From Narcine bancroftii (taxonomy: Eukaryota), in contig NC_091480.1 of NCBI RefSeq assembly GCF_036971445.1, positions 61,568,001 to 61,632,000 of the forward strand: a DNA stretch of 64,000 nt, given 5' to 3'. Below the pieces are notes generated by a model. That model did no database searches, had not been told where the DNA came from, and worked only from the letters and a program-made list of their open reading frames with translations. The position numbers were made by a program, and so were the translations under genes. Positions 25,301 through 37,300 of this stretch are shown one piece after another (positions within the stretch are counted from its first letter, which is position 1; every line of letters begins with the position of its first letter).

Positions 25301-28300
25301 CACCTTCAGCTCCTGTTGGTTTCAGGGGGCTTCTCCCCTTACGTTTCCTCTTCAACATATGGAAGATGTGCTCAATTGGATTTAGATCAGTGACTGACTT
25401 GGCTATTCAAGAATTTTCCAGTTTTTAGCTTTGAAAAACTCCTTTGTTGCTTGAGCAGTTTGTTTGGGGGTCATTGTCTTGCTGTAGGATGAAGCGCTGT
25501 CCAATGAGATTGGAGGGATTTGCTCAAACAGGAGCAGATGTTTCTATGCACCTGAGAATTCATTTTGCTACTGGCCATCAGCAGTTACAGCATCAATGAA
25601 GATAAGTGCCCCAGTACCTGTGGCAGCCAGACATGCCCAGGCCACCATCATGCCCCACCATCATGTTTCACAGATGAGGTGATATGCTTTGTATCTTTGG
25701 CAGTTCCTTTACACCTCCACATTTTGCTCTTGCCATCACTTTGATACAGGTTAATTCTTGGCCTCATCTGTCCACAAGACCTTTATCCAGAATTCTGCAG
25801 GCTCTTTTAAATACTTCTTGGCAAACGGTAATCTGGCCATCCTGTTTCTGTGGCGAACTAGTGGTTTGTATCTTGCAGTGTAGTCTCTGTATTTCTGTTC
25901 ATGAAGTCTGCTGCAGACAGTTGCCATTGACACATCCACACCTGCCTCCTGAAGAGTTTCCGACCTATCGGACAGGCGTTTGGGGATTTTTCTTCATTAT
26001 GATGAGAATTCTGTCATCAGCCGTGGAGTCCTTCCTTGTCCTACTAGTCCCTTTGCGATGACTGAGCTCACAAATACGCTCTTCTTAATGATGTTCCAGA
26101 AAGTTGATTTTAGTAATCTTACAGTTTGGGCGAGGTCTCTTACTGTTTTATTCTTGTTTTCCAGCCTCATCATGGCTTCTTTGACTTTCATTGGCACAAC
26201 TCTGGTCCTCGGGTTGAAAAATGGCAACTACAGACTCCAAAGGTGATCAAAAGCTTGGAACTAAGTCTAGTTCTCTTCTACCTGCACCAACGAAGCAATT
26301 AAACATACCTAAGTCATCACAAACACCTGTGAAGCCCAATGTCCCAAACATTGAGGTGCCCTGAAATGAGGGATCTCGGCATAAAATGTGCTGTAATTTC
26401 TAGTCAAACCAAAATGTACACAAATAACCTTGAATAAAACCTGGAATGTGCACTTTAATCACGCGTGAATTGTTTGATTACAAATTTAAAACTGTGGAGC
26501 ACTAGGAAAAAGAAATGTCTTTGTCCCTTTATGGAGGGCCCTGTATATCGTGTATATTACATTTTCCGATTTTATTGCATGACAAGAAACCTTGAAGTCA
26601 TGCCGCACAATATGAGCCCCTTGTCCTTTCCCACCCTCAACCACCCATTGACCAGCACTTGGTCTATTGCCTTCTCTGCCTTGGTGACTCATGAGCTGGT
26701 TCAGATATTTGTGAGAGTTTCTGCCTCCACCATCCCTTCAGGTGTCCAGATTCTATCCCTCCTCTGTGGGACAAACATGCCCCTCAGATTCCTCCACCTC
26801 ACATTCTAGCTTTGTCCTACTTGCCTTGGGCACACTGGAAAGCACTGCCCTCACAGAACCTGAGTGACAGCCCTGTTCAAAGCTTCCTCAGTCTCCGACC
26901 AATAGCCTGCACAGGCTGCTCACTCACCGATATCCTTGGTGCTAATTCGCTTGTCCTTAAACTTGTCATAGGAGGCATTCGGGTTGACAACAATGCGCTC
27001 AACACTGTCGCTGTTCAGCTCCTCCTGCGGAGAGGGTACAGATCAGTCAGAAGGGCATCACAGAATTGCCACAGCAAGGAGGAGTTTCATGACTACTGGC
27101 TCCGTCGGTGCAATCCAAGCTCCTCCACCCGGCCTTGCAAATCATTGGTCACACTTGTCCAATTCCCTTTGAATGTTCTTACCATGGGCTGCAGGCTGCA
27201 CAGGTGGAACATGGGGTGGTGGTGGTGGGGGGGGGGTGGTCGGTGAGTGGAGGGTGGGAGAGCAACAGTTTACAGTCCAATGGTGTGAACAGAAATTGTA
27301 GATATTCTCATTCCAAGCAATGAGGCCTCTCTCTCTTTCTCGGTACCCCCTCTGCTCTTCCCCCTCCCATGTTTAACTGCCCCCCCCATGTCTACCTCCC
27401 CATTGGATTCCCACTCCCCTCCCTTCCCCGGCTTTGGTTCCATCTGGTCACTTTATCCCACCATTCCCACCTTCTCTGAACTGGTAGCCTGTGTCTCTGA
27501 TCACCCACTTCCCCGTGTGACTCATCTTCCTCCATATCATCCCTTCATTTTTCATGCCCTGCTCCTTCTCTATGTCTGGCATCTGTGTATCCACTGCCTC
27601 TATCCCCTGCCTGGTTGGTCAATCCCGTGTGGGGTCTGTGCCTCACCCCTCCCACCCAGTTACACTGCTCCTGTACACTTTGCTTGGTCTTGATGAAGAG
27701 CTTCAGCCCGAAACATCAACCATTCCACTGCTGATGCTACTTGACCCACTGAAATCCTCCAGCAGATTATGTTTGGCCTTTCAAAGACAGGAATGCAGGA
27801 AAAGCAGGAATGAACAGAGGGGTCCAAGTCCATCACTCCCTCCAAGGGATAATAAGGAGGGCACTTGCCTTTATTGGGCACGAGATTGAGTACAAGGACA
27901 AGGAGGTCACGTTGCAGGGATATAAATCTTTGGTTTAGCCACACTTGTGTGCAGTTCTGGTAAGGAAGGGTGTGGAGACTCTGGAAAGGGTGCAGAAGAA
28001 ATTGACCTGGTTGATATGGGAGGTTAGACATAGAAACATAGAAGATAGGAGCAGGAGTAGGTCATTCAATGAGATCATGGCTGATCTAAAAGTTCAGTAC
28101 CCCGTCCCCGCCTTCTCTCCGTAACCCATAATTCCCTTATACTGAAGAAATATATCTAATTCCCTCTTAAATATATTCAATGAACCTGCCTTTGTGGCAA
28201 TGAATTCCACAGATTCACCTCATCTTGGTTCTAAATGGTTTGCCTATTATCCTCGAACCATGGCCCCGGGTTCTGGACTCCCCCACCATTGGAAACATCC

Positions 28301-31300
28301 CTTCCGCATCCATTCTGTCAAGTCCTGCCAGAATTTTATATGTCTCTATGAGATCCCCTCTCAATGTTCTAAACTCCAGCGAGTACAATCCCAAATTGCA
28401 CAATCTTTCCTCATAAGTTATTCCTGCCATTCCAGGTATCAGCCTGGTGAATCGCCTTTGCACTCCCTCCATTGCAAGAACATCCTTCCTTAGATAAGGC
28501 GACCAAAACTGCACACAATACTCCAGGTGGGGTCTCACCAAGGCTCTGTACAGCTGCAGTAAAGTATCCTTATTCCTATACTCAAACCCTCTTGATATGA
28601 AGGCCAACATACCATTTGCCTTTTTAACCGCCTACTGTACCTGCATGCTCGTCTTCAGTGACTGGTGCACAAGAACCCCTAGGTCTCTCTGCACTTCCCC
28701 ATCTCCCAATCTATTGCCATTCAAATAGTAATCTGCCCTCCGGTTTGTATTACCAAAGTGGATAACCTCACATTTATCCACATTGGAGTGCATTTGCCAT
28801 GTATCTGCCCAGTCCCCCAATTTATCCAAATCACAATGGAGCTTCCTGACCCCCTCTTCAGTGCACACAACCCCTCCAAGCTTAGTGTCGTCTGCAAATT
28901 TGGAGATATTACATCCAATCCCCTCATTTAGATCATTAATGTAAATTGTGAACAGCTGGGGTCCCAGTACAGATCCCTGTGCCACCCCACTGGTCACCGC
29001 CTGCCACTCAGAAAATGAGCCGTTTATCCCAACTCTCTGTCTTCTATCTGCCAGCCAGTTCTCAATCCACATCAATACCTTGCCCCCAATCCCATGAGCC
29101 TTGATTTTGCATGCCAGTTGTTTATGTGGGACCTTATCGAAGGCCTTTTGGAAATCCAGGTACACCACATCCACTGGCTCTCCCCCATCTATTTTACCTG
29201 TCACCATCTCAAAGAATTCCAATAGATTTGTCAAGCACGATTTACCTTTTGTAAATCCATGTTGACTCTGTCCAATCCCTTCTCTGCTAGTCATATGCTC
29301 CGCTATTACATCCTTAATAATGGATTCCATCATTTTGCCCACTACTGATGTAAGGCTCACTGGCCTATAATTCCCCGCTTTTTCTCTACCCCCTTTTTAA
29401 ATAGTGGGGTAACATTAGCTACCCTCCAATCCATGGGTACTGATCCTGAGTCTATCGAGTTCTGGAAAATAATTCTTAAAGTATCTGCTATCTGAATTTC
29501 CACTTCTTTAGGATGTAGATTATCAGGCCCTTGGGATTCATCGGCCTTCAATCCCTTCAATTTCCCCAAGACCATGTCCTTAGAGATACTGATTTCTTTC
29601 AGCTCCTCCTTTGCATTAGTCTCTATGTTTCCCAACATCCTTGGGAGGTTATTTGTATCCTCTCTTGTAAAAAGAGAACTAAAGTAAGAATTTAATTGGT
29701 CTGCCATTTCCTTATTCCCCATTATATATTCCCCTGATTCCGACTGCAAAGGACCTACTCTGGATTTCACCAATCTTTTCCTCTTGACATATTTATAAAA
29801 GCTTTTGCAGTCGGTTTTTATATTTGCCGCAAGCTTACTTTCGTAATTTATTTTTGCTCTCTGGATTAATCCCTTTGTCCTCCTTTGCTGCATCTTGAAC
29901 TGTTCCCAGTCTTCGGTTGCGGTACTTTTTTTGGCCAATTGATATGCTGTCTCTTTGGACCTAATGCTGTCTCTAATTTCCCTTGTTATCCACGGTTGAG
30001 TCACCTTTTTTGGTTTATTTTTATTCTGCAATTCTTCCATTAGATCTTTGAATGCTTTCCATTGTCTATCCACCATCAACCCCCCCATAAACTTGAGTTG
30101 ATTTCTCTGGAGCATCAGAGGCTAAGGGGAGACCTGATTGAAGTTTATTGCATCATGAGAGACATTGACAGGATGGACGGTCAGGAGTTTTTTTCTCAGG
30201 GTAAAAATGTCACACACTAGAGGACGTGTGTCCAAAGGGGATAAGCAGGGCACTTTTAATTTTAAACCCAGAAAGTGGTGGGTGCCCAGAACAGGCAGCA
30301 TGAGGTAGTGGTGGAAGCAGATACAACAATGATGAGTTTATTGTCGCACAAATAACTGTAATGTAGTTGTGCATCAAAATTCTACGCCGCAACTGAACAG
30401 GTTTTTTAAAAAAAAATCCCCAATAATATACCTTCAAATGCCATACAGTAATTTAGCATTTAAGAGGCATCTACAGAGACACGTGACTACAAAGAGGATG
30501 GAGTTTTAGACTGCTTTGGCCACTATGCTCAACACAGACACGTGGGGTGAAGGGATGTTGCCCTGGGAAAAAGGCTCTGGCTGTCCACCCCATCGAGGTC
30601 TCTCATAATCTTGTAGACCTCTATTAAGTCATCTTTCATCCTTTGCTCCAAAGAGAAAAACCCCAGCTCTGTTAACCGGGCCTCATCAGACATGTTCTCC
30701 AATCCCGCCAACATCCTGGTAAATCTCCTCTCTAAAGCTTCCACATTATTCCTATAATGAGGCTACCAGAATTGAACATAATGTTCCAAGTAAATGCACA
30801 AAAGTGCTCAAGAAATAGCAGGCCCAGAGCATCCTTAGGAGGCCAAGATATATAACCAACATTTCAGGCCTGAGCCCTTCATCAAGGTATGAGCAAAAAG
30901 CAGACAGGCATCTGAATAAAAAGGTTGGGGGGGGGGGGAGCACAGGCCAACAGCCAAGAGGCCATAGATGGACATGGATACATGGATAGAAGGCAGGGAG
31001 AAAAGTGGAGGATTGACCAGCAAGGGGGGGGGGGGGGGGCCTTAGCTCTATGAATGCTGAACTGGAGGGAAAGAGAAAGAGACGGGGGAGGGGGGTGTGG
31101 ATATGAGGGTGGCCAAACAGAAACTGGAAGTCAATATTAATGTCATCTTGTTGTAGAGCATCAGTTTGGCAATGCACGAGACCATGGACAGACATGTCAA
31201 CATGCAACATGGCAATGGGGCAGCGAATTGAAGTGAATTGCCATTGGGAGATTCCCCCCTATTACAGCAGACAGAGTGAAGATGCTCAACAGAGGGATCT

Positions 31301-34300
31301 CCCAGTCTGCGTTCAGTTTCTCTGATGTAGAGGAGGCTATAACGGGACCACCAGATGCAGTAGGTGACTCCTGCACATTCACAAGTTGCTTCACTTGAAA
31401 GGAGTGTTGGGGTCCCAAATGTGGTGAGGGAGGTGTGTGTGCAAATGTAGCATTTCCTGCAGCCACAGAGATAAGTACCAAAGGAGCGACTGGCGGGAAG
31501 GGATGCGTGAGTCTCAGAGTGAGTGGTTCCTCTGGAAGGTGGAGAGGGGAAGTTGTGTCTGGTGGTGGGATGGAATTGCAAAGGAATTTTCCATGTGTGA
31601 TCTCACTAGAGTTTTACAGAGCTGCAACTTTACCTCACAGCTCTTTAACTCTATCCCCCGACTAATGAAGGGTAGCATACCATAAACCCTCTTAACTACC
31701 CTATCATCCTATTCAGCAACCATGAGAGATCTATGGATTTGGACCCCAGGGTCACCCTGTTCTTCCACAGTTAAGAATCTTGCCATTACCATGTATTCCA
31801 CCTTCAAGTTCAATCTTCCAAAATGCATCACTTGACACTGATCCGGATTGAACTCCATTTGCAACTGATCTCTCTCTGTAACTCTGCACTTCTGCCCTGT
31901 GTCTAACTTATACTGTGCACAAAAGTCAAACTGGTACAAAACAATCCCTATCTTGGTGCATGTGACAACAAATGAAGTTGAACAAGTCCCAAAAGGTTTC
32001 CCACCCACCCACCCACCCACCCATCCCCAGACCAGTGAAATTCTCAAAGGGTAAATAGTCTTTGCCCCATCTCCCTCACAATTATACAGTGATTGCAATA
32101 AGAGTTTAAGCCAGGATCCTTACCAGTTCCTTGTAATTCCAAAAGAGGACAAAAGGGAAGTGAGAAGATGGGGTAGTGGGAATAGTGGGGGGGGGGGGGG
32201 GGAGGGAGAGAGAGAGGGGGGAGAGAGAGAGAGAGAGACCATGAGATATTAATGAAGCTATAACACACCAGCACAGCACCACATTAATAGTGTTTACATG
32301 TAGAGACACACACACCAGCTACAAAGGTTAACAAACCCTCTGCCACCAGGTTAATCAAACAGGTTTAAATGTTGGAAGCAGCAGTAAGTACACATGCAAA
32401 GGTATGGGAGGGTGGAGGAGGTGCAACTGACTCTGCCTCATGTCCTCAAACAACCACCACCACAATGCCCAAGCTTGCCTTGTGCAGAGATGGTTATACA
32501 AAATTGGGGCTGGGCCACCATTCCGGATGAATAAGAATTGAACTGTTGATCAGCCAAGGAGTAGCAGCAGGCTGCTAAATACCTCAGGGCCATCTTCACT
32601 GCAGGGGATTCATCCAATTAGAATAAAGCTGCAGGCTAGGAGGAGGGGAGAAAGAGAGTCAGACTGCAGAGTGAAAGTAGGAATGATACAAGGGAAGGAA
32701 GAGAGGAAGGGGAGAGGGGAGGGGAGGCGGTGAGAGAGAGAGGAAAAACTGCTGTACAAAATACATATTCCCTTTGTCTTCAACCAGCATTCCCTAGCTG
32801 CCCTCTGTTTCTCATCACCCATTTCAATTTACTTTGTGGAAGAGCTCAATTAATTCGCTTGATATTTTTAGCACTTTTTCCCCTTCCCAACCTTTCTTCA
32901 GATACTTTGCCAGATAGCTCCACCTGGATCTGGTCCTGCCTTCTTTGAATCCTCCCAGTTGACATTTCCCCCTCTCTCCCACCCCTACTCCCTTGCCACC
33001 AGAGACACGCTTCCCCTCCTCACAACAGAATCGCTGAGTGTTGAGGAAAGTGTGCTTGAACTATCTCCTCCTCCTCCATTTCTACCCCATGCCACACCAC
33101 CCTGCGTGTTCTGAGCTCAGAAGCTTTGACCACACAAATGACATCCTTTCGCATGTAACACTACTCAGGTAAACACCTTCCTGCCTTTCTAAGCACAAGC
33201 AATGGACAATTTACTGCCAATTATGAGAGTAATAGTCTCAAGAGTTTTAGAGCACATAAACAAGCCATTCAGACCATCTTGTCTATGCTGACCAAACTAG
33301 TCCCAGTTCCCTGCATTCAGCCCATCTTCCTCTAAATCTTTCCTGTTCATGAACCTGTCCTTACCTCCACCACTACCTGTGACAGCTTGTTCCACACACC
33401 CATCACCATCTGAATGAAAAAGGTGCCTCTCAGGTCCCCTTTAAACCTATGCCCTCTAGTTTTAGACTCCCCAACCTTAGGGAAAAGAATGACCATCTAC
33501 CTCATGATTTTATAAAGCTCTATAAGGTCCCCCCTCAGCCTCCTCCTTTCCAGGAGAAAAGTCCCAGATCATCCCTGTAGCTCCAGCCCTCGAGTCCTAG
33601 GAACTTCCTGATTAATCTTTCCTGACCCCTTTCCAGCTCAGTGACATCCTTCCTACAGCTGGGTGACCAGAACTGTGCACAATACTTTAAAGATGTCCCT
33701 GCTCCTGTACTCAGTGCCACAACCCACAAAGGCAAACATTTCATATCTTCTTCACCACCCTGTCCCCATGTGTCATCACTTTCAGGGAACGACATACCTG
33801 TACCCCCAGGTATCTCTGTTCCACAACACTCTCCAGGGCCCCGCCATTCACAGTGTCAGTCCTGCCTTGGTTTAACTTCCCAAAGTGTAACACCTCACAC
33901 TTGTCTGAGTTAAACTCCATCTGCCATTCATTGACCCACTTCCCCAATTCATCTCCATCTTGACAACCATCTTCACTCTCCATTGTACCACCAATTTTGA
34001 TGTCACCTGCAAACCTGTAATCCTGTAAGGCAACAGCAGGTGTCTGTTGGATTCAGAGACCCTTGTTCACAACTGACCTTGTGTGAAGAAAGTGCTGTCT
34101 GTGTGGTGAAACAAGAAAGTCTGCAGATGCCATGAGTATACAATAGTCCCCCCTTATCCGCGGGGGATACATTCCAAGACCCACAGTGGATGCCTGAAAC
34201 CAGGGATAGTACCAAACCTCATACAGGGCATGCTCCACAATACGTTCTGTTAAATTGGGTGTTATGTGATGTGGATGTTGTGTGAACACCATATTATATA

Positions 34301-37300
34301 CAGCAAAGCCACATGGGATACTGTAGATTATCTGTAAACTTTTTATTAGTGAGTAGAGAACAGTATGAGGACCGATTCTGGGCTGTGGGGAGAGAGCAGG
34401 GCAGTGGTATCAGTGTGGGGACCGACACAGGGCTGTGGGGAGAGGGTGGGACAGTGGAATCAGTGTAGGGACTGACACGTGGGAGAGAATGGGGCAGTGG
34501 GATCAGTGTGGGGACCGACACGGGGCTGTGGGGAGAGAGCGGGACGGTGGGATCAGTGTGGGGACCGACACGGGGCTCTGGGGAGAGAGCAGGGCAGTGG
34601 GATCAGTTTAGGGACTGACACGATGGGAGATAATGGGGCAATGGGTTCAGTGTGGGGACCGACATGCGGCTGTTGGGAGAGAGCAGGGCAGTGGTATCAG
34701 TGTGGGGACCGACACGGGGCTGTGGGGAGAGAGTGGGACAGTGGGATCAGTGTATGGACTGACATGGTGGGAGAGAATGGGGCAATGGGATCAGTGTGGG
34801 GACTGACACGTGGCTGTGGGGAGAGAGCAGGGCAGTGGGATCAGTGTGGGGACCGACACGGGGCTGTGGAGAGAAAGTGGGGCTGTGTCGAGAGAGTGGG
34901 ACAGTGGGATCAGTGTGGAGACTGATACAGGGCTGTGGGGGGATCGGCACAGGGCTGTAGGGAGAGAGCAGGGTAGTGGTTTCAGTGTGGGGACCGACAC
35001 GGGGCTGTGGGGAGAGAGTGGGACAGTGGGATCAGTGTATGGACTGACACGGTGGGAGAGAATGGGGCAATGGGATCAGTGTGGGGACCGACATGTGGCT
35101 GTGGGGAGAGAGCAGGGCAGTGGGATCAGTGTGGGGACCGACACGGGGCTGTGGAGAGAAAGTGGGGCTGTGTCGAGAAAGTGGGGCTGTGTCGAGAGAG
35201 TGGGACAGTGGGATCAGTGTGGAGACTGATACAGGGCTGTGGGGAGAGAATGGGGCAGTTTGATCAGTGTGGGGATCGGCACAGGGCTGTAGGGAGAGAG
35301 AGGGGCAGTGGGATCAGTGCGGGGACCGACACGGGGCTGTGGGGAGAGAGTGGGACAGTGGGATCAGTGTAGGGACTCACACAGTGGGAGAGAATGGCAC
35401 AATGGGATCAGTGTGGGGACGTACACGGGGCTGTGGAGAGAGAGTGGGCAGTGGGATCAGTGTGGGGACCGACACGGGGCTGTGGAAAGAGACCGAGCAG
35501 TGAGATCAGAGTGGGGACTGATACAGGGCTGTGGGGAGAGAGATGGGCTGTGGAGAGTGAGTGGGACAATGGAATCAGTGTGGGAACTGATACAGGGCTG
35601 TGGGGAGAGAATGGGGCAGTTTGATCAGTGTGGGGATCGACACAGGGTTGTGGGGAGAGAGCAGAGTAGTGGGATCAGTGTGGCGACGTACACGGGGCTG
35701 TGGGGAGAGAGTGGGATCAGTGTGGGGACCGACACGGGGCTATGGAGAGAGTCAGGGCAGTGGGATCAGTGTGGGGACCGACACGGGGCTGTGAGGAGAG
35801 AGTGGGATCCGTGTGGGGACCGACGAGGCTGTGGAGAGAGAACAGGCAGTGGGATCAGTGTGGGGAACGACACGGGGCTGTGGGGAGAGAGAGGGGCAAT
35901 GGGATTAGTGTGGGGACGTACACGGGGCTGTGGAGAGAGACCGGGCAGTGGGATCAGTGTGGGGGCTGACACAGGGCTGTAGGGAGTGAGTGGGGCAGTG
36001 GGATCAGTGTGGGGACCGACATGTGGCTGTGGGGAGAGAGCAGGGCAGTGGGATCAGTGTGGGGACCGACACGGGGCTGTGGAGAGAAAGTGGGGCTGTG
36101 TCGAGAAAGTGGGGCTGTGTCGAGAGAGTGGGACAGTGGGATCAGTGTGGAGACTGATACAGGGCTGTGGGGAGAGAATGGGGCAGTTTGATCAGTGTGG
36201 GGATCGGCACAGGGCTGTAGGGAGAGAGAGGGGCAGTGGGATCAGTGCGGGGACCGACACGGGGCTGTGGGGAGAGAGTGGGACAGTGGGATCAGTGTAG
36301 GGACTCACACAGTGGGAGAGAATGGCACAATGGGATCAGTGTGGGGACGTACACGGGGCTGTGGAGAGAGAGTGGGCAGTGGGATCAGTGTGGGGACCGA
36401 CACGGGGCTGTGGAAAGAGACCGAGCAGTGAGATCAGAGTGGGGACTGATACAGGGCTGTGGGGAGAGAGATGGGCTGTGGAGAGTGAGTGGGACAATGG
36501 AATCAGTGTGGGAACTGATACAGGGCTGTGGGGAGAGAATGGGGCAGTTTGATCAGTGTGGGGATCGACACAGGGTTGTGGGGAGAGAGCAGAGTAGTGG
36601 GATCAGTGTGGCGACGTACACGGGGCTGTGGGGAGAGAGTGGGATCAGTGTGGGGACCGACACGGGGCTATGGAGAGAGTCAGGGCAGTGGGATCAGTGT
36701 GGGGACCGACACGGGGCTGTGAGGAGAGAGTGGGATCCGTGTGGGGACCGACGAGGCTGTGGAGAGAGAACAGGCAGTGGGATCAGTGTGGGGAACGACA
36801 CGGGGCTGTGGGGAGAGAGAGGGGCAATGGGATTAGTGTGGGGACGTACACGGGGCTGTGGAGAGAGACCGGGCAGTGGGATCAGTGTGGGGGCTGACAC
36901 AGGGCTGTAGGGAGTGAGTGGGGCAGTGGGATCAGTGTGGGGACCGACACGGGGCTGTGAGGTGAGAGTGGGACAGTGGGATCAGTGTAGGGACTGACAC
37001 GGTAGGAGAGAATGGGGCAATGGGATCAGTGTGGGGACCTACACGTGGTTGTGGGGAGAGAGCAGGGAAGTAGGATCAATGTGGGGACTGACACGGGACT
37101 GTGGGGAGAGAGCGGGACGGTGGGATCAGTGTAGGGACCGACACGGGGCTGTGAGGTGAGAGTGGGACAGTGGGATCAGTGTAGGGACTGACACGGTGGG
37201 AGAGAATGGGGCAATGGGATCAGTGTGGGGACCGACATGGGGCTGTGGGGAGAGAGAGGGGCTGTGGATAATGAGTGGGACAGTGGGATCTGTGAGGGGA

